A DNA stretch of 64,000 bases from Octopus vulgaris (lineage: Eukaryota). A program made the translations under genes and the position numbers. Of this stretch, positions 23,510 to 35,969 are shown one piece after another. Under the pieces are notes generated by a model. The model was not told the origin of the DNA and did not search any database. It saw only the letters and a program-made list of their open reading frames with translations. Each line of letters begins with the position of its first letter. Position 1 is the first letter of the stretch. The DNA lies in the NCBI GenBank assembly GCA_951406725.2, contig OX597817.1, positions 33,170,001-33,234,000 on the forward strand, given 5' to 3'.

Positions 23510-23865
23510 TATGTGCATATATGGGTACAGGACGTCACAAAATGTAAACAACATGAAATACGAAGACAAATTTGGGTATGCAAACCAACAAGAGAAACAA
23601 ATGGAAAACAAGACAAGTAACATAAAGAATGACCCTTCATCAGTTGTCGGCTGTCCATCTACTCCCCATTTCAAGCAATTAATGAAATGGGAAGTAGATG
23701 AACAGTTGACAACTGATGAAGGGTCGCTCTTCATGTTACTTGTCTTGTTTTTCATTTGTTTCTCTTGTTGGTTTGCATACCCAAATTTGTCTTCGTATTT
23801 TATGTTGTTTTTGTATTTCATATTGTTTATACTTTGTGACGTCCTGTACACATATATGCATATAT
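23510..23865. repeat. Long inverted repeat (arms ~23510-23673 and 23683-23865), Penelope-like fragment
   Basis: GTACAGGACGTCACAAA...GACCCTTCATCAGTTGTC mirrored by GACAACTGATGAAGGGTC...TTTGTGACGTCCTGTAC. Confidence 0.85.
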
Positions 23866-24000
23866 ATATATATACATATATATATATGTAAATATGTACA
23901 TATATGTATGTATATGTGCATATATATATATGAATGAACACCATGCATCCATTTCCATGTAAGTTAATCTATCTATCAACATATATATGTATGCATATAT

Positions 24001-24400
24001 CATCATCATCGTTTAACATCCGCTTTCCATGCTAGCATGGGTTGGACGGTTCAACTGGGGTCTGGCAAGCCTGAAGGCTGCACCAGGCCAGTCAGATCTG
24101 GCAGTGTTTCTACAGCTGGATGTCCTTCCTAACGCCAACCACTCCGAGAGTGTAGTGGGTGATTTTATGTGCCACCAACACACGTGCCAGACGAGGCTGG
24201 CAGACGGCCACGCCCGGATGGTGTTTTTTATGTGCCACCGACACAGGTGCCAGACGAGGCTGGCAGACGGCCACGCTCGGATGGTGTTTTTTATGTGCCA
24301 CCGACACAGGTGCCAGACGAGGCTGGCAGACGCCCACGCTCGGATGGTGTTTTCTTATGTGTCACCGACACAGGTGCCAGACGAGGCTGGCGAACGGCCA
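24001..24400 (-). mobile_element. RTE 3' UTR with about four tandem 63-bp units; inverted twin of 22928-23474
   Basis: (CAT)n start; same variant first unit (GTGACACATAAGAAAACACC in sense). Confidence 0.85.
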
Positions 24401-24678
24401 ATGTATGTGAGATATATATGAGATAATAGTTTCACTTTAATAGTTTCAGTATTAATAGTGATGCTATTAAACTGAAAGTATCTCACATTACAATACAGAT
24501 GTTATGGTTTCACTTTTGACATGTAATACTGAAATAAGATATAAGAGATTACTCCAGGCTCGCATTAGGCAAGAAGTCGAAAAGTAAGACATGTGTAAAA
24601 TTTGAATGAAATCAGTTGGGTAGTTCTTGAGTTTTAGTGATGCACACATACAGACAGACACATTCTCAGTTTTATATA

Positions 24679-25116
24679 TTCTTTTATTCTTTTACTTGTT
24701 TCAGTCATTTGACTGTAGCCATGCTGAAGCATCACCTTTAGTCGAACAAATTGTCCCCAGGACTTATTCTTTGTAACTTTCTAAGCCTAGTACTTATTCT
24801 CTCATTTCCTTTTGCTGAACTGCTAAGTTACTGGGATGTAAGCATACAAGCGATGGTGGTGGTGGGGGGGACAAACACAGGCACACAAACACACACACAC
24901 ACATGTGCATGCATACACACACATGCACACATACATACACATGCACACAAATACATAGAGCTTCTTTCAGTTTCCATCTACCAAATCCACTCACAAGGCT
25001 TTGGTCAGCCTGAGGCTATAGCTGAAGACACTTGCCCAAGGTATTATGCAGTGGGACCAAACTCAGAACCATGTGCTTGGTAAGCAAGCTACTTATCACA
25101 CAGCCACTTCTGCACC
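24679..25116 (-). mobile_element. SINE family A, full length
   Basis: Reverse complement of head and tail. Confidence 0.85.
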
Positions 25117-26104
25117 TATATATATAGATAATGAATCCAGTTTTTCACAGAGTATATGTAGAAAATGAAATAAAACATGAAAGATTGTTTATAAGATATT
25201 TAGTTACATCATCCTACCTATATTTCATTAACACAAGGTGATTACTAGTTACATAATATAAATTACATAACCAAGACTTGTTATCAAATCATCAGAAACA
25301 TGTAACTTGTATACATAACATTGTTGATTCGTAGAAAAGTTAGCAGAATCAACAATCATGGAGATAGCAAGCAATGGTTGTTTCTGTCAGCATTTCTGCA
25401 ATCTAATATTGTTACATATAAATGTTACACATCTGTTATGATTTTGCACTAAATTTTAATTATGTAATTAACATAATGCAACTAATAACCATCTCATGTT
25501 AATAAAATGTATGTTTAAATGGTGTAACTAAATGTCTTATAAACAATCTCTCATGTTTTGTTGCATGCTGTATGTCACCATCATCATCATCATCATGTCT
25601 CCCATGCTGGATGACTTGATGATTTGACTGGATCCAACAAACCAGAGAATTGCATTGACCCCAGTTTTGGCATGGTTCCTCAAGTTGGATGTCCTTCCTA
25701 ATGCCAACCACTTTACAGAATTTACTGGGCGCTTATTCTGTGGCACCAACAATAGTGAAGTCACCAAGTATCTTACAAGACAAAGGAAGAGAGAACCCCA
25801 CCCCCAACTGAGTGAGATTGTAGTGAGGCCAGGTGCTGGTTGAGAGGCTGAAACATGATAAGTGGACGGCTATAGAGGAGATACACAGCTACTCTGCATT
25901 TCATATGTGTTGGCGAGAATAGCTGGAAAGGAGACAACGATGATCGTGACCTAGCATGTAAAAATTCACCTCTCATTACAATATTTAGTTAAGAAAATGT
26001 ATTAATAAATGTTTTTTATTGACATATTATATTACCATTTGTTGCAACTTTCGATATATTAGTTCAGTCATAAAAATCAAAATTAATTATCCCTTATTTA
26101 GCTT

Positions 26105-26573
26105 CCTTCTTGCTACTCAGCCATAGTAGCCAAGTTTGTGGAGACTGATATCAACTGTTCTGGGACTGATATCAACTTGTTCTGCTATGTCAGAGACCTT
26201 GTAATGAGGATTATCCTCCACACTGTACTTAACAAAGCAAAGGGTCCTGTCAGGGGCTTGGTCGACCTGGGCAAGTTAATGTGGACTCCTTTTCCTCTCT
26301 GGTGAATTACACAGTCACCCTTTTAACTATAGAAAGTGGGATCCCAAGGTTTCCTTGATTTTACACTGACTAGATACATCTTCAGATTGACCCACAATAC
26401 AGCGTCTTTGAAATTTGGACAGTTCCAAGGCATCTTTTGTATGTGGCATGATTAAACAGTCACATAAAGAACCTGAAATATAAAAATGTCCATTAACAAA
26501 ATATATAAACTTGAAAAAGTTTAACATAGAGCAATGTTTTATGGGGTGTCTATTTACTTCTGTCATGTCCGTG
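26105..26573 (-). mobile_element. Tc1-like 5' fragment
   Basis: TIR CACGGACATGACAGAAGTAAATAGACACCCC; ORF MPHTKDALELSKFQRRCIVGQSE; a related TIR remnant lies near 22480-22510. Confidence 0.75.
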
Positions 26574-26705
26574 TATATATAAATTGTCATCTTTCTTTCT
26601 TATTACTGCTCTATTCTAAGGTAACACTACATTCTGAAACATATGTATATTAAGTTCTACACTGGGTTATTAGTCCTGCAGAGCCTAAGCTAAATATAAA
26701 TATAT

Positions 26706-27022
26706 ATCATCATCATCATTTAACATCCATTGTTCATGCAACATGGGTTGGATGGTTTGACCAGAGCTGGAAAGCTAGAGAGCTGTACCAGACTCCCGTC
26801 TGATTTGGTGTGGGTTTCTACAGCTGGATGCCCTTCCTAATGCCAACCACTTAACATAGTGTGCTGGGTGCATTTACATGGCTCTACACAGGTGCTCTTA
26901 CGTAGCCCCATACAGGTGCTTTTACATGGCACCATATGGGTGCTTTTACGTGGCCCAGTATGAGTGCTCTTACATAGAAACGCACAGATGCTCTTACATG
27001 GCACCACCACAAGTGCTTTACA
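26706..27022 (-). mobile_element. RTE 3' tail with ~24-bp tandem units (26865-27020)
   Basis: About seven degenerate copies of GGTGCTTTTACRTGGCACC. Confidence 0.7.
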
Positions 27023-27289
27023 CTACCAGAGGTAACAATATATATGTATATATATATGAGCAAAACGCCCCACCGTCCAATGGATGGTACTGAATCATAT
27101 CTGCTGAATAAAAAGCAATCAGTGTTTTCTTTTCATTTAAAAAATAATTAAGCATGCCTTTATTTTAATATCATTTTTGGTTTTGTTAAACGAAGTTAAG
27201 GCAAAAAAAAAACTTCTTGAGAAACCAAATAGTCTTTCTTTCCGTCATGCCAACTTTGAAGAAAGTATCGCTTTTACATTTTACTTTTT

Positions 27290-27592
27290 TGGTCTCTTAA
27301 ATATACTGCACTTTGTGGCAATATTTCAAGCCAGCCGGCTTTTTTGTGCACATGCATTTTTCTCGCATACGCGTAGTATCAATTGCAACAGCTGATGTAC
27401 TTGCACGTACAAATGCACGTTCCCACGGCTTTATCAATCGCATTCTCACCTGGAATCGATTTTTGTAATTTTTTCAAAACTTTTACACGCCCTGATACTG
27501 TTGGTATCTACATATCAAATTTGAGTGCAATCAGATGGAGGATGCCCGAGATCTTAGAAGACACAGACAGAACGGATTTTATATAATAGACG
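27290..27592 (+). mobile_element. Helentron/HINE-like 3' fragment
   Basis: CAAATTTGAGTGCAATCAGATG...GAGATC...ACAGACAGAAC..TTTTATATA end motif similar to 24595-24680. Confidence 0.4.
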
Positions 27593-27640
27593 TGTATAAA
27601 TATATTTATAATCATATATATATATATAAATGTGTGTATG

Positions 27641-27722
<82 letters not shown>

Positions 27723-28560
27723 TCAAAGCTAGATGAAAACTGGTACATTTGTTCAGAAATGTCTGACTTAATTATCTTTATACCAATTTTAACTTTGGAT
27801 TTCATATCTTATGTAAACAATGAACTTAATACCAGATGAAGCACTGACATTGATATAAGAGACTAAAATCTCTTGAAGAAGCCACCCCAGCATGGCCATA
27901 GTCCAGTTACTGAAATAAGTGAAAGAAAATGTACGAGTACGGTCAGACATCTATCACAATGCATTCATCTCTAATGTCTCATTTCAACCAACTTTCTGTT
28001 CCTCTCTAGAATTAAAACAGATAGTTTTCTAGCTTGTTTTTGCTGTTATTTCCTCTCAACCTTTAATAATTGAGTCAGACTTTAAGCTAACTAGACTCGA
28101 AAATACCATAAAGAATAAAATTTGGTGCTCTACCAAATTTTGTCAGAATCTATTGACATTAAGAGCAACAATACTAAAATAGGCTGCAAACAGAAAAAAC
28201 ATTCTATGATACCAAAATAGCATACATTTGTGAACATTTTTATTATAGTTCTGAGAATATATCTGTTTCCATTTTAGAAGTAGATTTAAATAATTTTCAT
28301 CAAATACATTATTATTTGCTGGTTGAATTGATATTTGTTTATCATAGAAACAGTGAATACAATGAAGTGTCTGATTTGCTGATGAGATCATAATAATACT
28401 GAAATATACCCACAGTTGTCTCCTACATCTTTTTAAATAATGAGCTTATTTTATACAGTGCTTAGGTGCACAACTTGTCAGAAAAAGTAAATGGTGGAAA
28501 TGAAAGCAAGAATAAGTCAAGTGAAGAAAGAGCAACAATAACCAAAAATATATGTACAGT

Positions 28561-28747
28561 CGCCATGATAGATCGGTAGCCACTACACACATTTTTTTCT
28601 CTCCTTGTTTCTTTTTGTGTTCCTTTCTGTGGAAGTGTATAGGCTCGAAACATAAAAGACTTTTTCAATTCCCCAGTGTTATACTAATACATCTGTTTGT
28701 TTTCTACACCACCTGTCTTCGTCGTGTGTTTTTTCGTGAATTCTCCC
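28561..28747 (+). mobile_element. Short insertion with 12-bp TSD and degenerate HHR-like motif (28623-28658)
   Basis: TATATGTACAGT at 28549-28560 and 28748-28759; CTTT CTGTGGA A GTGT-ATAG-GCTC GAAAC AT A AAAG. Confidence 0.6.
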
Positions 28748-30035
28748 TATATGTACAGTATACAGGATAAACCCCAAGAAGACAGAAAAGTGAAGAGTAA
28801 AAGTGTTATAAAGAGGAAATAGAGTAGTGTTTGTGAATTTCAGGAAATACAGGACTTTTGATGGATGTAATGTCCTGACAGCTAACAAATAGTGTGGATG
28901 GTTTATGCCATGCTTTGACTATTATGAGCTTTTAAAAAAATGTTTCCAACATTAAAAGCTTGGTGCCGTTTTTTGATTTTATAAGCATGTCCATGGGATA
29001 TAAGCATGTCCATTGGATTTAGAGAAGGTGGCCAACATTGTTGTTGGAAATGTAATATTGGTTTCAAGTTTTGGTACAAGGCCAGCAAGTTGAGATGTGG
29101 GGGTAGGTTGATTACATTGACTCCAGTGGTCAACTGGTACTTATTTTATCAACCCTGAAAAATGGAAGGCAGATTTGACCTCGGTGGAATTTGAACTCAG
29201 TATGTGAAGATGGATGAAATGGTGCTAAGCATTTTGCCCAGTGTGCTAATGATTCTGCCAACCCATCACCTTGCTGGAAATGTAATATTAATCATTAACT
29301 GTTGGCACAGTATGGTTAGCCACCATAAGGTCCAATCTTTGTTGTAGTGTGATGGTTGGTGTGTCTCAATGACCCTGAGAGCAATGCCAATGGAATACAG
29401 GCTCCTGGTAGGTCCTCCCATGCTGGAGTGGTCAAAAGAGAGTGGCCTGACTAATATGGACCATGTGTTCTCAGAAGTAAAAATGGATTTGAATAGGACC
29501 AATACCTCTACCTAGAAAAAAATTAAAGTTACAGAAGCATCAAAGACAATTTAAAACCAACAAGACCTGTGAGAGGAAAGCTTTACCACAGGGAAAATAG
29601 AAATAACAGCCCAACGTTGAGAATACTGGAGAAAATTTGTCAATGGCCAATACTCCATAGGAAACAAATGGCTTAATGCATACAGTATGGTTAAAAAGTT
29701 CACTTTGCATTCATGAAGTCCCAGTTTCAATTCTGCTGCCAGGCAAATTGGGCAAGTATCATGTTCTGTAGCCTTGAGCCAACTCATAATTTGTAAGTGA
29801 AACTGGGAAGACAGAAACTGTGTAGAAGGTGGCGAGCTGGCAGAATCGTTAGCACGCCGGGCGAAATACTTAGCGGTATTTTGTCTGACGTTATGTTCTG
29901 AGTTCAAATTCATGTGATATGTATGGATGAGGACAGCTGTGTAAAGAAGTGTCGATCTCTAACTGTGGAGGGAACCTGTGGAAGACATGGGACAGGGTAG
30001 TAAAGCATAATCTTCATAGTAAAGAAATAGGTATT

Positions 30036-30436
30036 GTGTTCTGAGTTCAAATTCCGCCGAGGTTGACTTTGCCTTTCATCCTTTTGGGATTGATAAATTA
30101 AGTACCTATTTCTTTACTACCCACAAGGGGCTAAACACAGAGAGGACAAACGGATTAAGTCGATTATATCGATACCAGTGCATAACCAGTACTTATTTAA
30201 TCGAACCCGAAAGGATGAAAGGCAAAGTCGACCTCTGCGGAATTTGAACTCAGAACGTAGCGGCAGACGAAATACTGCTAAGCATTTCGCTCGGCGTGCT
30301 AACATTTCTGCCAGCTCGCCGCTTCGATAAATTAAGTACCAGTTACGCACTGGGGTCGATGTAATAGACTTAATCCATTTGTCTGTTCTTGTTTGTCCCC
30401 TCTATGTTTAGCCCTTTGTGGGCAATAAAGAAATAA
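30036..30436. mobile_element. Family C SINE (minus, ~30107-30324) inserted into another family C SINE (plus)
   Basis: GATAAATTAAGTACC duplicated at 30092-30106 and 30326-30340. Confidence 0.85.
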
Positions 30437-31761
30437 GAAACTGTGTAGTAGCCCATTGGATGGATTATACTAGTAATTCAATGGCCCAGCCTTGTTACAC
30501 TGCATCACACTGATTCTGTCTGGGAATTATATTAAGACTACATGTATCAGTGGAATACTCAGTCATATAGATATTGATTCAATGAGTCTGGTAGTTTGGC
30601 TCATTGACCAACAGAACGCTTCTGATTGGAAATTTTGACTGACCTCTATTTAATCATTAACTGATGTTATTTTTCCTCACTACCTAATTATGTTTACTTA
30701 ATGTTTTGATGTTAGATATATTATGTTAACACCAACTTAACAATTGTCCTTCAGATTGCTGGCCACCAAAAGTTGTTTATTCTCTAAACAATTCTAGTTT
30801 GCTGTGTCAGCCAGCATACAATCTTGTATGTTTTCTTAGCGATTCTTTTATCACTATTTCAACAACTATGGTCAAGTCTGTTCTTCACTGGCCTTTGAAT
30901 TATGAGGGAAGGGACCGTATTGTTGTTAAGCAAAGGCTGATCCATGGCTAACAGCTGCCACCACTACCACCACCACCGCCACTGCTTTGAGGCGAAAAAG
31001 AAATGCAGACTCACTGACGGAATCAAACCACATTAGCACAACAGGGTTTGTTGTGCTAAGTAAATTATATCTTGTAGATATACAAATGGGCACAAGTAAT
31101 ATATGTATATCCTCCTTCACCCGTGTTTGTACCTGTGTTTGTTCTCCTATCACCTCTTGGCAACTGGTTTGTGCATCAATGAGCTTGTAACTTAGCAGTT
31201 CAGCAAAAGAGACTGATAGAATAAGTACCAAGTACTGGGATTGCTTCATTCAACTAAAACATTCTTGATGGTGATGCACTGGCATGGTCGCAGTCTAATG
31301 ACTGAAATAAATAAAAGAATATATCATCATCATTGTTCGACCGTGGTGGAGAAAATGGTTGATGTTTTCTACTTAATAACTAAGCTTTATTACACTTTCT
31401 ACTAAGTCCTACTATGACAGGTGGAGAAATCTTATTGTAACACCTATTTTACTATGATTCTGTTGCTGGATATTGTTGTTGTTATTTTAATCCTGGTCAG
31501 TCTTGATCAAGTAGAACTAGGCTCAAAGATGTTCTAGTTGTAACAATTCCATCTTTGTTCAGACAGTGCATTCTTTAATGGGTTCTTTTAATATTGTAGG
31601 ATATTTGATATTGTCTTTTTCTTTTAATATTGAAAACAGTGAGCTGGTAGAAGCCGAGGTCGACTTTGCCTTTCATCTTTTCGGCATCAATAAATTAAGT
31701 ACCAGTTGCATTCTGGTGTTGATCTAATCGACTGGACCCCCTCCCCCAAAATTTCGGACCT

Positions 31762-32108
31762 TGCCAGCCTACCCTGGCACCTGTGCCGGTGGCATGTAAA
31801 AAGCACCATCAATACGTGGTCGATGCCAGCACCACCTTGACTGGCTTCTGTGCCGGTGGCATGTATAAAGCACCAACCGATCGTGGATGTTGCCAGCCTC
31901 CCCTGGCACCTGTGCCGGTGGCACGTAAAAAGAACCCACTACACTCATGGGGTGGTTGGTGTTAGGAAAGGCATCCAGCTGTAGAAACACTGCCAGATCA
32001 GACTGGAGCCTGGTACAGCCTCCTGGTTCCCAGACCCTGGTCGAACCGTCCAACCCATGCTAGCATGGAAAACGAACATTAAACGATGATGATGATAATG
32101 ATGATGAT
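31762..32108 (+). mobile_element. RTE 3' UTR with three diverged ~63-bp units and (GAT)n tail
   Basis: Repeated TGTGCCGGTGGCAYGTAAAAAGCACC followed by the common tail. Confidence 0.8.
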
Positions 32109-32451
32109 GTACTTAGAGTAGAAAAGAATAATGTAGGATGTCATTTGTGGGAGACTTAGCTCTACTACCATCATGTAGGCCAAGCGACTGTGTAGGTGGT
32201 GTTTCCATTAGCTCAACTGTTACTGTTTGTTTAGTTGTGGATATGAAATAATGACACCATACAGTACTAAACATGATGACCAACAACCATGGTAGGATAT
32301 GAAAAAGAGACTATTAAAATAATTATGGAGTAGTAAATGTTGAAATCAATAACCAAAATACATTTGGAAATGTCAAATTCAACAAAGTATTGATTTCTAA
32401 CATATGTACAAGGCCTCACTTTTGGGGAATGTGTAGAGTTAATTTGATCAA

Positions 32452-32730
32452 ATCCAGTATTTGGCTCATAGTAATTTTATCAACCTCAATACTTAGATGA
32501 TACTTATTTTATCATCATACCACTCAAATGGTATTTCTTTAATTAACTCCTGTACTCAACTGATCCTTGCTTTATCAGCTCCAGCACTCAGCTGATCCTT
32601 GCTTTATCAACTTTAGTACTCAGCTAGTTCTTGTTTCATCAGTTTCAGTATTCATCTGCTTTTAATTTTATTAACCCTAGTATTCAGCTAGTACTTACTT
32701 ATTTTATCTATTTCACTACTCTGCAGGTAT
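32452..32730. repeat. Degenerate ~31-bp tandem repeat derived from the family C core
   Basis: Units resemble CCAGTACTCAACTGGTACTTATTTTATCAAC. Confidence 0.6.
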
Positions 32731-32761
32731 TTATTTATTTAATTATTTATTTATTTATTTA

Positions 32762-32984
32762 TTTATTGCCCACAGGAGGTTAAACATAGAAGAGACAAAC
32801 AAGGACAGACAAAGGGATTAAGTCGATTACATCGACCCCAGTGCATAACTGGTACTTATTTAGTCGCTCCTGAAAGGATGAAAGGCAAAGTTGACCTCGG
32901 CAGAATCTGAGCTCAGAATGTAAAGACAGACAAAATACTGCTAAGCATTTCGCCTGGCATGCTAACGTTTCTGCCAGCTCGCTG
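32762..32984 (-). mobile_element. SINE family C, near full length
   Basis: Reverse complement of 57624-57856. Confidence 0.85.
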
Positions 32985-33044
32985 GTATTTATTTATTGAC
33001 CTCAGAATTATGAGAGGTAAAATTGACTCCAGCAAGGCATTCTG

Positions 33045-33253
33045 TCCAGCGCTGAAAAGTTCCTGGCTTTAAGAGTTTCGTGAAAGGCCTGGTTAGAGGC
33101 CCAACCTTCCAAGTTCTTTTACAGGACCTAAAAAAACCGAAGGACTGCAGCAAAAAATGTGTGGACCTGAATATGTTGAATAAAATCTTAATTAACTGAT
33201 CCACCTGTATTTTCTTTTACACATAGTCAGGAACTTTCCAGTATCCCCTTGTA
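33045..33253. mobile_element. mariner-type MITE (inverted second copy at 55566-55765)
   Basis: TIR core AGTTCCTGGCT / AGTCAGGAACT; the internal sequence of the two copies is reverse-complementary. Confidence 0.7.
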
Positions 33254-33294
33254 TTTCAAGGATTAAGCAAGGTTGTTTAAATCTAGTTTCTAGA

Positions 33295-33375
33295 TCATCA
33301 TCATCATCATCATCATCATCATCGTCGTCGTCGTCATCGTCATTGTCATCACCATCATCATCATAATCGCCATCG

Positions 33376-33410
<35 letters not shown>

Positions 33411-33444
33411 GTTGTCGTCATCATCATCATCATAATTGCCATCG

Positions 33445-33475
<31 letters not shown>

Positions 33476-33509
33476 CATAATCGCCATCGTCATCATCATC
33501 ATCATCATC

Positions 33510-33543
<34 letters not shown>

Positions 33544-33566
33544 CTATCACCACCACCACCACCACC

Positions 33567-33597
<31 letters not shown>

Positions 33598-33631
33598 CCA
33601 TCACCATCATCATCATCAGCATCATCATCAG

Positions 33632-33670
<39 letters not shown>
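33295..33670. repeat. Compound (CAT)n/(CAC)n microsatellite; expanded tail of the adjacent minus-strand RTE
   Basis: Direct reading; abuts the RTE tail at 33671. Confidence 0.9.
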
Positions 33671-34545
33671 TTAATGTCTGTTATCTATGCTGGCATGGTT
33701 TGGATGATTTGGCAGGAGTTGGCCAGCTGGAGACCTGCCCTGGCTCAATTTGTCTGGTTTGGCATGGTTTCTGTGGCTGGATGCCCTTCCTAATGCCAAC
33801 CACTTCTCAGAATGTGCTGGGTACTTTTACATAGCACTGATACAGGCACTTTATGTGGCTTCAACATGGGTGCTCTTCCATGGCACTGGCATGGGTGCTT
33901 TTATGTAGTACCAGCATGGGTACTTTTACATGGTATCAACACCCATGAGCCTGCAGCTGAGAGAGGGATATAGAGGACATGTCTGTATGAATGAACAACC
34001 ACAATTTCACTTAGCTTGATTTGTCTTCTCAAGCACAGCAAACTACCAGAAGTTTTGGTCCCTTTTCATCTCCTCTATGAGGCCCAACATTTGATGATCC
34101 TTCCTCACCACTTCATCCCATGTCTCCCTGGATTCCCTTGCACATGTTCCCTTCACAATTAATGATTGGTACTTCATGGTGCAATTCTCCTCATCCATAT
34201 GCTTCACATGTCCATACCAGCACAGTCTTCTCTCTTGCACACTACATCTGATGCCCCATATACCCTGTTTTCCTCCTAATAACACTTTGTCATACATGTA
34301 CACTGACATCACCCATCTAGTGGAGTATGTTGGCTTCATTTCTTTCAAGCCTTTGCATATCCTCAGTAGTCACAGCCCATGTCTCATTGACATGTAGCAT
34401 AGCTGTTCATACACAGGTATCATACGATCTGTCTTTCACCCTTAGGGAGAGGCCCTTTGTTACCAACAAAGGTAGCAGCTCTCTGAACTTTGCCAAGCCC
34501 ATTCTTATTCTAGCAGCTATGCTTTTGGAATATATATTAAGATTA
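33671..34545 (-). mobile_element. RTE LINE 3' fragment (RT C-terminus and 3' UTR)
   Basis: ORF ERRLCWYGHVKHMDEENC...TWDEVVRKDHQMLGL, then short tandem units and tail. Confidence 0.8.
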
Positions 34546-35107
34546 AATGGATGAGAGATAAATCTTCCCCTGGATAAACTGCAAGTCTATATCAATGCTT
34601 TCAAAGCATCTAGTATTCAATCTAAACTGTTAGGCAAATGTAATCAAACAGAATTATTTGGGTTGCCATCAAATACAAAACAAAACACCTGAAGTAGATC
34701 TGAACTAGAGATTATTGACCTGGGACTCTTATACCATATCCATTTATCCCTTCTACTTCTATACCTTCTAGAAATTACTTAAATATTCTATATATTAGGC
34801 CTTGTATTATTTAAATTATTTCAGTTCTTATGACTTACATTGTGCTGTGCATAAAATAAATATTGTTTAATTTGTGATGAGCTCTCAAAAACACAAATAT
34901 GCAAATTAGATTATCCATTAATGTTCTGGCCTAATTTATGATTATTTTATATAACAGCTGACCCGTACTACTGATTGGGGAAGAAAGCTAGGTATGTCTT
35001 CTCTGAAGAGTGGTCAACAAACTGTGAAAATATCCATCAGGAGAATTTATAATAATATTGAAAGAATGTGTTTATATTTTTAATTCACCTACAATGAAGC
35101 TGTGTAA

Positions 35108-35372
35108 TTAGGGGTAGGGGTCCACCAAGGATCAGTCCTCAGCCCCCACTTATTCATCATAGTCCTCCAGGCAATAACAGAGGAATTCAAAACAGGATGC
35201 CACTGGGAGCTCCTCTATGCTGATGACATGGCATTGGGAAAGGCATTCAGATGTAGAAACTTTGCCAGATCAGATTGACCTGGTGCAGCCTTCTGGCTCA
35301 CCAGTCCTCAGTCAAATCGTCCAACCCATGCCAGCATGGAAAGTGGACGTTAAACAGCGATGATGATGATGA
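35108..35372 (+). mobile_element. RTE RT-core fragment fused directly to the 3' tail
   Basis: Reads VGVHQGSVLSPHLFIIVLQAITEEFKTGCHWELLYADDM, then tail and (GAT)n. Confidence 0.8.
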
Positions 35373-35969
35373 AATAAATTTATGTGTTGTGCATAAAATA
35401 TCTTCTATATATTATTTGGTTATTGTATTTTGTTAAATCTAGTGGGACATTATTTCCTATTCCATATTTATTGAATATTTAGCTATAATAGTCCACGTAG
35501 TATTGTGGGATATTATTCAGCAATATGTCAAACAGTCAGCAGCTCCTTTCCACCAGGGATACATCAAAATATCAAACACCTGTGAAATAAAATTATATGT
35601 TATCAAGTAAATGTATTGTGTCATAGTATCTTTAATACATTCTTGTCTTCACTCATATCTTACGCTATTAAAGTGTTAATGCAAGTTAACATGGAAACAG
35701 TTGGTCAAATGTTGTGATAAAATAGTATAAATCAATAAGATATATATTGTAAATACCTTTTTTTTGTTTCACAAATTGCAGATCTAACTGGAAACAGCTT
35801 GCAAGCCCTAGCCTATTTACATGTAATTCTCTTTTAAATATATTTTAATTATAATTTCAGATGTTTATATTGGCATGTTCTATTGAGGCAAAATGAGAAA
35901 CTAGAAGCATTTCCTTTCTTAATGTGGCTCAGTTTCATTTCCATGTGATGCTTAAAATCATTGATCACT

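Larger units (their letters stand above)
21882..24680 (+). mobile_element. Possible Helentron/HINE-like element heavily interrupted by later insertions
   Basis: 5' TACTAGCAGAGATACCTGACATTGCTCAGGG at 21882; 3' AAATTTGAATGAAATCAG...ACAGACAGAC..TTTTATATAT at 24595-24680. Pairing of the two ends is inferred. Confidence 0.35.
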
